A DNA stretch of 64,000 bases from Lytechinus pictus (GCF_037042905.1 NC_087249.1:8372001-8436000), one strand, 5' to 3'. Counted from the stretch's first letter, positions 13,387 to 27,340 are shown. Numbers and translations: made by a program. The notes: generated from the sequence alone by a model not told the origin.

Positions 13387-15671
13387 CGATGTCATATCGA
13401 TGTGGCAGATATGGCAAGTTCCGACTCGGAGTCCTCGTATAAAAATAGTAGAAGTCTGGATGTATTCTAGGATAGTTGAGCCACATGGCTGATTTGCTTG
13501 TTTGTTATGTTAAGCAGTAGGCGGGTGCATTTTATTTGAGGCACTTGTCAGCTTAACACGAAACTAGAATTTCAATTTCATTTCATTTTCCCAGCGTGTT
13601 TGTCCCATTGAAGACATCAAATCGCATCGAAATAAAAAAAAATCGCAAAAAATCCAAAACCCGAGTGATTACGAACGCGACCCGAGTGATTTCGAACGCG
13701 AACGCGACCCGAGTGATTATAATAAGCCGTTATGAAGGGCTTTTGACAAGAGATTATCAGCGTTATAGAAAACGTCTGCGAAGTGATTGCTAAAATGCCC
13801 CATTTAGTCAAGTGTTTGATTTTTATCCAGAGTTCTTTAGATGGTAGGCCTACAGATAGTGTGTTATCTGCCTGCATTGCAATTTATCATTACTTTCTGT
13901 TTGTAAATAAATGTAAATCTCAAGGAACTCAATCAGTACCTACTTTACTATCACACTTCTTCGTTGCCGTGAGGAATTAAATATCTTCTAATATTTTTTT
14001 TATTGTCAAGACCGTACGTGCAGTAGGGTCCCTGTCAAGACTAACGTTCTCGGTTCATGTTTTATTTTAGTGCAGTGCCTCAGACATGTCAAGTGCCTCT
14101 TGCATACTTATGTCCCAAGATAACCCTCTCTTTTAGTATTATCCACATTCTTTGTTTTATATTCAACTGATGATGGACTCTCTAGACGACAGTCGCCCTC
14201 ATATGAGTGCTGACCCAACTTTGTGTGAGATTTTCAAGATAAGGTTGGGCGATTAATATGAAGAGAAAATTGAAATTTGGTATATACAATAGCATTGGCT
14301 TGGTGAATGTTTACCAAATCATATCTTATTTTTATTTGTTGCCTAACCTTCAATCACTATGTAACAATATAGAAAATGGATTGATGTTGTGTTTTTTTTA
14401 CATTATGTGAAAGCCTTCGTTTTACGTTCATATATATATATATATATATATATATTTCTTTCAATATTTGATTGGTTTCCATTAATAAAAACTTCCAACG
14501 GTAAATATGCCATTATAGTCGCTACCACCATAGAAATCTTTATTGCTATTGGTTACTAAGAAATTATTTGTATGCAGTATATATCATTTCAAAAGTGCGA
14601 TCTTTATTTTGCCCTCATTTTTGTTCAATTTTGCTCCCGCTTAAAACTTCTACATAACACAATAGTCTATTCAGGGATGCGTCGTAGGAAGAGAATATCA
14701 TGTCCATGTTTGATATAATCCCATGCAATAAATTCGACGCAACGTTGTCGTTATTGAAGTAAATTTAAGCTGTTAAGATTGATCAGTAATATAACCAAGG
14801 CTACATGACATCGGAAATGCGGGAAAGACCCAGTGCATATATCACCTTGGTATTGGGCAGGTGCGCTGATGACGTTTCACGCACTTGACCATGAGCGAGC
14901 GAGTCATAATGGACGGACACGGCAACGAGTAGGCCCTATTCCATCTCTATAAACAGCCATCGATTTTCCATTTTTAATTAATCGATACAGCTTCAATTCA
15001 GACTATTAAGGTACCAACACAAAAGGCACGATCTATCAATTGCATACAACACGCTTGGTCAAGATCGCTATATTACAGTGAAAGGATGGACGAAATGGTT
15101 GCCATGGATACCCCAATAAATAAAGAGGTCAAGTGTGTGGCCTAATTATATAGGTTCAATTTAATGAGGAGTAATTGTTTTCGTCCATGTATGGGGGCAA
15201 ATTATTAGGAATATTTTAATCACTGATTCTTCTATCCTAGATATTTAAATACCTCCCTATACGGGGTGGGCTGTCTCGGAAGAATAACGCGGGGAAATAA
15301 TTACTTCATATTGTTATCATTACTATCATCTTTCGGCTTTTTTTTATTTCACTGTAATTTGTTCCAAAATATGATATTTCAAAATTTTATTTGCTATTTT
15401 CCCTTTTATCAAACGTTGAAGTTTAAATATAACACAATTTGAGGTAGGCCTATACATACTGATTGATCAGATCAGTGTGGTAGAGTCCATGATAACAGAA
15501 TAACGCCACGAGCAGGTGATACAACATCCGGCAATTGAAATCCTATTTAACTTTGTGTGTATCCCAGGAAAGTGCATGTCTCTATTTTGGATTTACATTG
15601 GATATAAATTTTCAGATTTTACCAGGAAAATCTATTTTGATCGGGTGCCCAATCGAATGAATTACATGCCT

Positions 15672-15944
<273 letters not shown>

Positions 15945-16875
15945 AGATGGATGGATGGATATATGGTTGGATGGATGGATAGATAGATGAATAACAAATA
16001 GATAAATAAACAAATGAATAATGAAATAAAGAAATATTATAGATAATAAAAAAGAAAATCTAAAACAAAACTGTTAACAAATATATAGAATTTAACATTT
16101 TGTCGTCTTCTGATATGCATGAAATTAAAATGATTCCTTTTCTTGACAAATAATTCCCTTTTAACTGGTGAATGGAATTTCCTTTTTTGAGAGGTGATTT
16201 TCATTTACCATGCAATTTTGACTGGATTGGTGTACGGATAAAATTAAAAAGTGTAGACCAGTTCGTAGGCTCGTAGCCCCCCCCCAAAAAAAAATAAAAA
16301 ATAAAAAAAATAAATAAATAAATAAAATTAAAAAAAATCTAAGATGTAATTTTAGAGAGCCTATGTAGGCTATGTGATAAGGCCCCCAAAATAATAATTG
16401 TCTGAATTTATGCATAATCAATTCCTAGGAACAAAGTAACGAATGTGCTTTCGAAACCTGTTATCAAGTAAGTACAAGTTATCTTCCAAACTTTCTTTCT
16501 GGATCCATTACAATAGCTCCCATCGTCACCCTCTCCCCACCTATCTCCCTCTCTCTTCTTTAGGTTCTGTATGATCTTTACTCTCAAACCTCTTCTTGAA
16601 TATTTACCAGTCCTAAATTTTTCTCTCCATCATGAATTTAGATTTCAAACTTTATTCATTTATCCTTTCCCCCCAAAAAATTGGCCTAAATATTCACTCT
16701 ACTTTTTTTCACATCCAGGCTATGTAGAATGCCCTTTTTTTCTCATGCACTTTCTGGTTCGTTATGGATTTTGCATTTTCAAGTTCAGTAATCCCTAATC
16801 TCTTCTCACCTCAAATATTTGTTGAACCTTACCTCACCTGCCTATAAATTGAGCTCAATCCCATCCATGGCTCTG

Positions 16876-17170
16876 TCATTCTTCATCATTATCCTCATCA
16901 TGACCACAGTCATCATCATCCTCTTCCTCCTCATCATCATCAATCATCACCACCACCACAATCATTCTCTTCTTCCTCATCATAATCACCATCATCATCA
17001 TCCTCCTCTTCCTCATCATCACCACCGTCATCATCCTCTTCCTCATCATAATCACCATCATCATCAGCACCATTATCATCATCACCATCATCATAATCAT
17101 CATCATCACACCACCACCATCATCATCGTCATCAACATCATCATCATCACCGTCATTATCACCATCATCT
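16876..17170. repeat. (CAT)n-like microsatellite
   Basis: Visible directly in the sequence. Confidence 0.95.
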
Positions 17171-18669
17171 ATGCATCTTCTTTTTGACTCTCTTGTTTTC
17201 ATTTCTCACTTCTCTTTCTTTCTTTATATCTTCCCCATCTCTCGACTCCTCTTCCTCCATTCTTCTCCCTTCCTCTGTACTGCTCTTCCTCTTATGCAAC
17301 TAATTTCCTCTGTTTCTCACTTCCCACTCTCTCTCACTTCTTCCCCTTTTTCTGTTTTTTGTGCAAAGAAGATCACCAACTAAAGAGCCTTTCCCACATG
17401 GCCATGGGAAGCAGACGTGCTGAAGTACCCGCAAGATTTTCCTTGGGGTGTACTGCATGTATTATTCTCCATAGGCAGCACCCCCTGGAACTCTTGTACA
17501 TGTAGATGTGGGAAATTGGAGAAATGAAAGCAAGATGATTTACATCTTGTAGTGAAACCCCCTTTTTTTTTTGCTTGTCAATTTTTGTTTTGTTTTTGCT
17601 CATCCAATTTCTCGGGAACAAAATGACCTGCATTTTGCAGTGAAACCCTTATTTTTTTTGCTTGTCAAATTTACATAAGCATCCCCTGTAAAAACAATGT
17701 TCCCATGGCTCTGCTTTCACAATTGGTTGTGACTATTTTGAGTGCAAAATATATTGACTGTAACAATCCTTGTCATAAACAGCCAAACAACCAATTGCAA
17801 GAGCCCATTTATACCTCTGATAAAGATTGAACTTCATTAATGTATGTGCAAATTAACAAACCTAATTTTTCAACAAAAAAATCACTTCAGCAAAAGAATG
17901 GAACAAACTTTCAATTATTAAAATTTGTGTTTTATAACTGCAATAATATTTTTTTATGTATTGTACCTCTTATGTCAAAAAAATTGTCAGGTAGTACACT
18001 TTAGTCAAACATGAAATATGTTATCAAATCAAAATATAATCAACAAAATCATTTTCATTTTTTGAAATTCACTCTTTTAAAATTAAAGGAGATGAAATAC
18101 ATTATTTTTTAAATGAAAGCATACCTAGAATGTTGCAAAGTGCATTGTTATTGAGATATTTATTGTGAATAAATTATTTAAAACAGGTAAATTTTCTTTG
18201 TGACAAAAGAATATATTTCTCATAAACCATGTAGTTCTAAAATTAGATTTATTTTTAGTTGTTTGATGATTCTCATATCCTAAAACTAGGTGATGTGGGG
18301 TTTTGGTGCTGGTGTTGGAAGCACGATTTAGATTGCCTTTCTCAACTCAAACACCCAATCTGAGCTTTAAAAAATGGTCAAAATCACATTCCGATACCTC
18401 CAGACCAAATGAGACTCATCCTAAAACCATTGCTTTTCATATTGGTGCTGTGCTGGTGTAAAATTGGCCAGACACTAACACCGAAAGGTCAACACCGAAC
18501 TCTAAATCACCAATTGTCTGGTTAGACCCATAATGAGATACATTGACCCTTTACACCTTCATCCTGATGAAGAAAGAAATTATAGCTAAAAGCCATGGCA
18601 CCAATAACTCACATAGTCATATAAAATACCATTTCCTTCCCAGCCATCAACACAATACATGAAATCCCA

Positions 18670-18858
18670 TCATTTATTCTTGCTCAATGTTCGCTGTTTT
18701 TCGGCATGTTCGACGATCTTCTCTTCCACGCGCAGCCCCTTTCGTCTGCGAACGCCGATCATGTACTTCTTGGCCTGGTTCTCGTAGTCGGCTTTCTCTC
18801 CGAAGTGAAGGAGCTCTTCCTCGGTCGATGGCTCCCAGTATGGATCACTCGGTACCAC
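18670..18858 (-). CDS. EFL1: EFL1 coding exon 18 (last)
   Basis: [24 protein letters not shown]...[26 protein letters not shown], the characteristic EFL1 C-terminus; acceptor tgacag|. Confidence 0.95.
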   Translation of the reverse strand: MVPSDPYWEPSTEEELLHFGEKADYENQAKKYMIGVRRRKGLRVEEKIVEHAEKQRTLSKNK

Positions 18859-19693
18859 CTGTCAGTGAGGTCACAGAAAGGTCAAAGGTTATATGTGAAT
18901 TGTATGTAGGGTTCAGTCATTCAAGTACTTTATTTTAACCATGACATGGATGTCACAAACTCAACTTCAGAAAACACTTTTTTTTTCATTGAATTGAATT
19001 TTTTTTTTACAGATTTTTTTTTTTCCTTTTCACCATTCCTGCTATTTTGGCACAGCACAGCACTTTTACTACACACACAACTTTTTATTGCTTATTTCTG
19101 AGAACAGGTACAATGGTTTCTCTACTGTTCCCCCATCCTAGGACAGTGGACCGGAACATGGAAACAAATTTATGGTTTGATTTTTTAGGACAAAATTCAG
19201 GCTTTCCAGGTCCATTTGCTTTGTCTTCGGATAAACAACTATAAAAGCGCACCCACACACATACTCAAGGATTGAATGTGGTTTGACAAATGTTACATAC
19301 ATTCAGTAATAATCTCTGTTAAAAATACAAATGAATGAATAAGCTCATGACAGTGCATAATGATAACGTTTGAGTAGTTTTTCACTCTTTAGGAATGTGC
19401 TTCGTGTCCGAGCTTGAAGTGGTAATGCTAGGGGAAATAAGTTTTGGCTTCAAAAATGCTGCAAAATGTTTCATTTGTCTTTGTAAAGAAAAAAAATCAA
19501 TTCACAAATGACATTGACAATTACGATTAGAAACTTGGGATTATGGGTGGAAATATCTCAATAAAATACAAATTCACAGGATTATAAATATGTCAAGGCT
19601 ATTTTCTTCTATGAATCGTATTTTGGGTAAACAATGAAAATTCTTTTCCTTTTGTCCAATAATGACCCACATGGAGGTCATAACATAACCTAC

Positions 19694-19878
19694 CTCCCAA
19701 TGGCTGAAGAACAGTTGTGGACTTGCTAGACCACTAGTCTTTTTCCGAATGTCCTCTGCAAAGCCAAAGCTCTCTGCGACGGGAAGCACTGCCACAATCT
19801 CAAAGACATCAGAACCCTCTCTCATCTCCTCTTGCAGGATGCGACCATTTCGCTTGGACAACACACCGTACATCCGAC
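19694..19878 (-). CDS. EFL1: EFL1 coding exon 17
   Basis: [13 protein letters not shown]...[35 protein letters not shown] boundaries. Confidence 0.95.
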
Positions 19879-20029
19879 CTGTCCAAAGAACAACATTTTG
19901 AGTCTTGAATAAACTTCTGACATCAAGCAGAGACAGAAAGTAGTATTATTCTTTCTTCTGAAAATGTCATGACAATTATTCAATTAATTTGATAATCATT
20001 ATAAAACAACATGGAATTGTTAAGAGATA

Positions 20030-20257
20030 CAGTGGTGCTAGAAAGTTAGTGAACCCCACCAGAAAATGTACTCCTTCATGCTGAGTGTTGAATGGAGACA
20101 ACAACACAATGTTCGGCGAGACCAGAGAAAGAACCTTTATTGAATGTAAGATTTTTTATCACCTGACTTCGCAATTGAATATCGAAAACATGGCAGAACT
20201 TGAACACTTGAAATATGTTCATTTCTGGTTGGGTTCACAAACTTTTTAGCACCACTG
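20030..20257. mobile_element. Tc1/mariner MITE
   Basis: TA|CAGTGGTGCTA...TAGCACCACTG|TA. Confidence 0.85.
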
Positions 20258-20431
20258 TATAATTGCCATAGATTTGTTGCTGTAGATGGTGGTGAAGTGA
20301 GTTAAGTATAGGAATAATGTTAAAGTGTGTTTCACTGAATTATCTTTTCTTGATTTCACAGGAGACTACTGGTGATTGAATGAAGCAAAGTTATTAATTT
20401 CACAAAACATGAAATGACTTAGCATTAGAGG

Positions 20432-21704
20432 TAGACTGTGGGATGGTCGCGAAAATTGTGACTTTCCGTGGGGCAGCAAATGCAACCACGGTTCTTGGAC
20501 ATGATAATATGTAAAATATTATGTGTGAATACATGCAACATGTTGCCTTCGCTAAATTCTGCTCCTGAACTCAAAATTAAAATAATATGCGAAATCGTAC
20601 CATTGATTCGACTGGAAATTCCGCCATTCACCCCTAGTGTTAAGGACTTTCGCGAACGCGCGTATGCGTGTACAATGCATGTAACCTCGTTCGCGTTTAT
20701 TTTTTTTTTATTCGCTGTATATGCTATACGTTATATATAGAATCTACGATGTCGTCGTCTTCGTCGTGTTTTGACAGTGAAAATGACGTTTTACCACCAG
20801 CAAATATATGCTACATGCATGTCTTACCCAAGGAGAGAGGGTTAGAAATCTAGATCTCGACCTATACAAAAATCATCAAAGTTTGCACTGCTTCACTTTT
20901 GCAGAGAATGAAATGCAAGAGTGACAAAGAGAACAATTTTTGGCATGGACAAAGATCGCTGTCACAAAGATCATCATCTTCGAAATCATCCTCTGTATCT
21001 TTTTCACCTTCGATCGCTTGACTGCTGGTGATACAAACGATGTTTTACCTGGCTCTGGGCAAGATGTAACGTTGATCCAATCGAATCTTGCTGGCCGGGC
21101 TCCTGGGCCAGGCCGCGCTGCAAGTCAATCGCAAAATGCTCTGGCTGATCAGTCTCTGCTGCACGAATAAGCTATTTTCATTCCGAAGTCCCAGGTAGTC
21201 TACACCAGCGAATGCAGCAAAGGCTTAAATTTGTTCCAGCTCTTTACTTGAAAGAAATTTACTGGCCCTCTCTCCTTGGGTAAGACGTGCATGTAGCATA
21301 TATTTGCTGGTGGTAAAACGTCATTTTCGCTGTCAAAACACGACGAAGACGACGACATCTTTTCCGCCATCGTAGATTATATTTATAACGTATAGCATAT
21401 ACGGTACAGCGAATAAAAAATAAATAAACGCAATCAAGGTTACATGCATTGTACACGCTTGCCGCGTTCGCGGAAGTCCTTAACACACGGGGTGAATGGC
21501 GGAATTTCCAGTCGAATCAATGGTACGATTTCGCATATTATTATTTTAATTTTGAGTTCAGGAGCAGAATTTAGCGATGGCAACATGTTGCATGTATTCA
21601 CACATAATATTTTACATATTATCATGTCCAAGAACCGTGGTTGCATTTGCTGCCCCACGGAATTTAAAAACTAGAGACATTTTCCTTGCCCATCCCATAG
21701 TCTA
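20432..21704. mobile_element. Long-TIR non-autonomous element with TAG...CTA termini and 3-bp TSD (Academ-like)
   Basis: TAGACTGTGGGATGG / CCATCCCATAGTCTA; ~400-bp TIRs; AGG on both flanks. Confidence 0.85.
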
Positions 21705-22070
21705 AGGGGAAGTCCAATCTGACATCAAGTTGGTTTTCACAAAAGTAGAATAATCATGGAAGCATATTCATGATGAGGCAAAAATTATTTTTATTTTGTC
21801 ATGCCCTGTGCAGCTCCCTTCATATTTCAAGAAATGTGAAATCCATAAAGTTCAATTTTTTTCCAGAAAATCAAAGAATCATTATGCCAATACAATCAAT
21901 ATATATAGTCAGACAAATGATATCATACATGCTTCTGTGAAAATATATATTCCACAAATACAAACAATTGAAATTTTGCACCCTAAGGAAATAGAATTAC
22001 ATAACATTTCAGAGAGAGCTGCTTGCATATGAACAAAAATCCATACAAACTAGCCAAAATTCTCATTTTT

Positions 22071-22335
22071 AATAATGATAATATGCAACTTTTAAAGAGC
22101 GCTTTGAAATACAATGTTTCTAAGCATTGCATATTATCACATCGGTTGAAGCATGGCTACCCTATCAAGGGAACAAGCATTCGCAGAATTTCTTTCTACC
22201 GGGCACCCATTTACTCCACATGTGTGGAGAGTGGCAAATGCAATTAACGCCTTGCCAAAGGACGCAGGTGATGTGGTGGGATTCAAACCCCGGACCTTGT
22301 AGTTCAAAGTCCGGAGACTTATCCTCAACACAACA
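22071..22335 (-). mobile_element. tRNA-derived SINE copy
   Basis: Reverse complement matches the 62409 SINE (GGTTTGAATCCCACC, cctttggcaaggcg, ccactctcca, aagcgct tail). Confidence 0.75.
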
Positions 22336-22380
22336 CAACACAACACCTTTCTGCTTCTATCAAGGGTGGGTTTGCCTTAC

Positions 22381-23594
22381 CTAGCACCTCGGCTGTAGCT
22401 TGGATGTCACACTTGTACATGGCTGCCATCAGTCTCTGGGGCTGCGTCTGGAAGGCTACGCGACATCCTTCCTTGATGGTGGAGATCACCTGCCCCGAGA
22501 GAGGGCCATATACCACCTGTTGATGCGGCTGGTGGTAGGGGTGCAAACCCCGGGTGGGGCTATGTGGTAAGGGGGAGCCAAACGGGGGTGGAGAGCCTAG
22601 AGGTGGAGATGAGAGGATCGGCGATGAGAGAGGTGAGTGGATTGTCAAGGATCCGATCTTTGGACCTCGGGGGCTGTTCATATTTTCTGTAGAAATCCCT
22701 TGGGGTATGGATATAGTTCTAGGCTGGGAGGTCACTTTACTACTTATATTGCACTGCGTCATGTTGCCGTCATCAAAATGAGATTCTGTTATTCTGTCTT
22801 TCTCTGTGGTGTCACACTCCCTATGTTCTAAGGACACTACATCGACGTCAGATTTCTTAGGAGTCCGAAGATTTGTGTTGTCTGCGAGACCTTTGCTCAT
22901 CAAGGTCTTGTCCATTTCCCATTTCTCCATAACAAAACACACTCCCATCATGGGTTCCTCACAGATCGGCCCCGCAAGGGTCGCCAGCTGGAAACCGCTC
23001 ACAATGCTGTTATCGAACTCCCGCAGGACACCTTCCTCCTGAATGCCACCCTCTTCCAAGCAGTCCCACATGGACAACCTCCTGTAGTCTTCGATCTTGT
23101 TCACCAGAATGTTTGGACCGCATCGGCGTGGTCCAAACGCCCATATCCCATCCAGGCACCCCCTCCACTTCTTCCCAGCTGCATTGAAAGCTTCCTCCAG
23201 TTTTGATCTGAGATCCTGCAAACTAGCTATGACTGTGGGAGACAGACCTATGCTTCCTGCTTGATCATTCGCCTTCCCTGATAAAAATGATGAAACATAA
23301 TGATCCAGTAACCTGATCAACTCCGTGCTCTCCTCTAGTAAACTTGTCACCGCTTCTGGAAGAGGGACCGCCCTGATACGAAAGGTGCATGCATCATTGG
23401 AGGTCTTGATCTCCACCAGACCATTCTTCAATATCCTGAGGTCGTCATCGTCGATGCCCATGGAACGCACCTCTCTATGTACCTGGTTTATGTCGTCTAT
23501 GACCTCGTTCACCATGTCAATCTTGGGACGCGGGATGATGGTCTCACGGAATGGAATGATCGGAGGGGAAACATCAATCTCTACTTTGGCAAAC
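22381..23594 (-). CDS. EFL1: EFL1 coding exon 16 (1214 nt)
   Basis: FAKVEIDVSPPIIPFRETI...IWAFGPRRCGPNILVN...SIVSGFQLATLAGPICEEPMMGVCF...YGPLSGQVISTIKEGCR...QRLMAAMYKCDIQATAEVL. Confidence 0.97.
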
Positions 23595-24122
23595 CTAAAA
23601 AATAAGACAAGTATATAAAAAGATTCTCATTTCATTAACATTATCACGTCACGTCCACCCAATCAGCAAGTGTAATTAAATGAATAAAGAAAACTTAAAC
23701 AAGCATAAATTTAATTTTCTTAATTGTTTAATTTCAACAATTGAAAGTTTCACCTCCAAAATGCACATTAGTCAATTAGCTCACACACATACTATTCTTT
23801 TGGTATTTTATTATGAAATACAGTTCTTGATTGATTCACAATAAGTTACAGAAATTCCAAATGTTCACAGAGGAATCAAACTATTAACAAGGGAAATAAC
23901 AAATTATTTCATGTAATTTTACACAATAAAATACCAAAGAAAAATTACAAACCTCCTGTGATGTGCATATCACAGTTTTATGAAAACAGACCAAACTTTG
24001 AAAAAGTATAACTTTCTTAAACTTTATCTGATTTTTATGTAATAATATTCTGCATCATGTTTTTCTGATTTATCAAAATTTAAACTCCACTTGTTGAAGG
24101 AGTAGTCATGCATTAACTCATA

Positions 24123-24727
24123 GGTCCGTATTCTGCAGTCGGTTTAACTTAGACCATGGCCTAACTCTGTACTTAAAGTATGGTATGTCAAAATTTCATC
24201 AACATTGTATGTTTCTTATATTCACTGTTCTCTTTCATTGTGCAACAATGGCAAAGAAAACTCTATCAGTTATTATTCTCAGACAGGTTACTAAGGACCT
24301 GAGTGAGATTTGAGCTGATAAAGTGTACAGGTGTTGTGGCTCAGTGGATACGTTTCCAGACTTTGAACCACAAGGTTCGGGGTTCAAATCCAACCGCAGT
24401 ACTCGCGTCCTTTGGCAAGGTGTGTATCTACATTTGCCACTCCCCACCAGGTGTAGTAGATGGGTACCCAGTAGGAAGGAATTCCTTGAATGCTCGAGCG
24501 CCCGATCAGGGTAGCCGTGCTTAAGCCGGGGTAATACTATGCAGCACCTTGAAACATTTGTATCAAGAGCTATATAAATGTTGCAAATTATTCTTACTAT
24601 AAGAGTAAGATATGAGCTGATAAATCAAACCTGAACTATCAAAGATTTATCTCACCTTTAGTTATCCATAGTTAAACCACAACTTTAGACCAGAGTTTGA
24701 CTTAAACCGGATTTCAGAATACGGACC
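24123..24727. mobile_element. Harbinger-like MITE; related fragments near 1-90, 5396 and 41678-43110
   Basis: TIR GGTCCGTATTCTG / CAGAATACGGACC; interrupted by a SINE. Confidence 0.75.
24331..24600 (+). mobile_element. tRNA-derived SINE copy inserted in the MITE
   Basis: A box TGGCTCAGTGG, B box GGTTCAAATCC, core gtcctttggcaagg...ccaggtg...atgggtacc, tail gctatataaatg. Confidence 0.85.
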
Positions 24728-24999
24728 AAAAGAGTTGTGTGTAAGTTTACCAACGGCGTTTTGAAACACCACCCTTGGGACCATTTCATCAACCTTTGTC
24801 ATACCACAGATCTGACAACTTTCCTTGATTTTTATTGGCCGAGTAGTGCAGTTCCTATGGTAACCATCAGATAAAACATTTGACAAGTCCTTCATGAACC
24901 CTGTCTGCAGGTAACAGCCATACTTCCAACCAATCGCTTGATTAGGGTTCCCTTCAGCCATCTTATAAAAGACAATCAAGTTCAGAATCCTGAACCTAC

Positions 25000-25147
25000 C
25001 TCTTTCTGAGGTCATCCAAGCATCTCTCTAGATGGACTTCACCGGCGGCCACTATAACATGTTCCCCAGTCTCCTGTACATACACCTCCACGCACGGATC
25101 AGCTTGGTTCAACAGCTTCATGCCTTTCATCAATGCCTGCATATCAG
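25000..25147 (-). CDS. EFL1: EFL1 coding exon 15
   Basis: [48 protein letters not shown] (hand-translated); cag| and |gtagg. Confidence 0.95.
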
Positions 25148-25499
25148 CTGAAGAAACAAATAAAACAAATACACAGTTTAATAGGTAAAATGAATATAGA
25201 ATTAATCATTTACAAAAAACACCATTCATATGATGATAACATACTATGTTCATTGACCCTAAATGACCTTGATCGTATGACCAAACACTTGTGCAAGACG
25301 ATCAGTGATACTTGATTACACCTCAGTCCAAATTTCATGAACTTAATCTATAAACTTTCAAAGTTATGATGGCAATTCAACATATACCCTTAACACGGCC
25401 AAAGTTAATTGACCTTGGTCATGTGACCTCAAACTCTGGCAGGATGTTCAGTAATACTTGATAACCATTATGTCCAAGTTTCATGAACTTCCTAATTTA

Positions 25500-27340
25500 T
25501 GATGACATAGTGATCTACTGCGTAACTATGAGACATTCGAAGAGCATTACAGGGCTCGTCAGGATGAAATTACACAAGAGAGGGTGAAATATGAACCTCA
25601 TAATTAATCTGTGGCTCAAGCAGAACAGCTTTTACAGAAAGAACCTGATCTCCAAGACAACTGGGATGAAATTACTCCAACTAATGAACATCTTGATACT
25701 GACAATAACGATGAATATGCCGGTCCGGTCAAACTCCAGCACAAGAACAGTATGACATCTCACAGGATCTCTGCTTGGCTGTTACTACAGATGACATGAA
25801 CCTCCGTCATGAGCTGCCTGATGAACAGTACCGTGCTCACCTCCGATCTCTTAACCAGGAGCAGATACAGTGCCTGTACAGCATCATCCACCAATCAAAG
25901 ACATCGACCCAGCCAGTCTATCACTTTCTCAGTGGAGGAGCAGGAGTTGGGAAAAGCTATGTCGTAGAAGCTCTATACTAAATGGCCATCAGATACTACA
26001 ACAGGAGAGCTGGTGAAGACTTCACCTCATCAAGAGTACTGCTCATGGCTCCTACAGGCAAAGCAGCATACCATATCTCCATGGCAATACGATATGTTCC
26101 ACATTGACAATTCCTGCAAACCAGAAGTTGGAATAAGATAAACTGAATTCCAGCACACTGAACACCTTGCAAAACCAAATTGGAGAAGTGAAACTGATCA
26201 TCTTGGATGAAGTTTCCATGGTTGACTTCAGGGCGTTCAATTTCATAAACCAGAGACTCATGGACATCAAGAAATCTGGAGAGTACTTTGGAGGTGTCTC
26301 CCTAGTAGTGGTTAGGGATTTCTATCAGCTGAAGCCAGTCAAAGACTCGAAAATCTTTGTCAATCCAGACAAAGGTTACGACCCCCTTGCAACAACACTG
26401 TTCTAAGAACTGTTCTCCATGACAGAACTGAAGCAGATCATTAGGCAAAAGGAAAACAAGAAGTTTGCTAAATTGCTGAACAGACTGAGGGAGGGAAACC
26501 AGACCTCAGAAGACATTGCCACTTTGGAGTCCAGGAACATTAATCCAGGTGATGACCAGTGTCCACATCACGCCACTCATCACCAATGCCAGGGTGGACG
26601 CCCATAATAACAAGGTGTTCAGCAATGCTCAAACTACAAAGCTGAATGTAGAAGCTAAAGATCGTTTCATGGGAACCCACAGTCCAGAAGTCAAGGAGAA
26701 AATTCTCACATCATTCCCAAAGAATACTCAAAGTGCTCATCGGCTATTACATGTCATTATAAAAAATTTGCGTAAGCCTTTTCTAAGAACTGACAATAAA
26801 TGTCAACAAGGGATTTGCTCACTAATAGAGGTACTTGTCAACTAATGATGGTTGCTACAACTGACAAGGGACCTAATCCAAAGGCTTCAGGCATTCTCTG
26901 GGTCCAATTCCTGGACAACAAAACTGGCGTTCAGACAAGAACAGAGAACAAACATCTTTATTCCCATAATATTCAACATAGACGCCAATATTGCCAGTCA
27001 TGTGACCCTATTCTGCTTGATTCAAGGGTGAAGCGACGGTCCAGCTTTTCAGTTTCCACTCCAACCAGCAGCTGCTAAAACAGTTCACAGATCACAGGGT
27101 GACACTGTAGGTGAACTTGTGGTTGATCTATTGACAGAAAGAAAAGTCCACCATATTCATTATGTAGCTCTCAGTCGAGTGAAATATCTTGATGGCCTCC
27201 ACATCCTCAATCTTCAGCCAGACAAGATCAGCATCGATCCACTGATTCGTATAGAGATGGAGCGTTTGCGAGCGAAGGCTCTGCCATGGTCAATCCAATT
27301 CCTCACCAACATCAAGGATAAATTCAAGACCGGGGCTTGA
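25500..27340 (+). mobile_element. Decayed Helitron-type Pif1/SF1B helicase fragment
   Basis: Ordered motifs FLSGGAGVGKS, MAPTGKAA, LIILDEVSMV, FGGVS...DFYQLKPV, ELKQIIRQ, AAAKTVHRSQG, HYVALSRV; several stops and frameshifts. Confidence 0.85.

Larger units (their letters stand above)
8774..13728. mobile_element. Long-TIR non-autonomous DNA transposon (GG termini, 8-bp TSD; Merlin/MULE-like)
   Basis: Ends GGCTTATTATAATCACTCGGG.../...CCCGAGTGATTATAATAAGCC; TIRs ~380 bp; TSD GTTATGAA at 8766-8773 and 13729-13736. Confidence 0.88.
8552..13784. mobile_element. Old MITE with diverged ~45-bp TIRs; outermost shell of a nest
   Basis: acttcgcagacgcttttaggaacgttgagaatct at 8552 aligns with the reverse complement of agattatcagcgttatagaaaacgtctgcgaagt ending at 13784. 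Confidence 0.55.

Noticed and set aside
14860..14885. CTGATGA motif suggesting a hammerhead ribozyme or snoRNA
   Set aside because: No stem II plus GAAA core and no terminal stem or D box could be identified.
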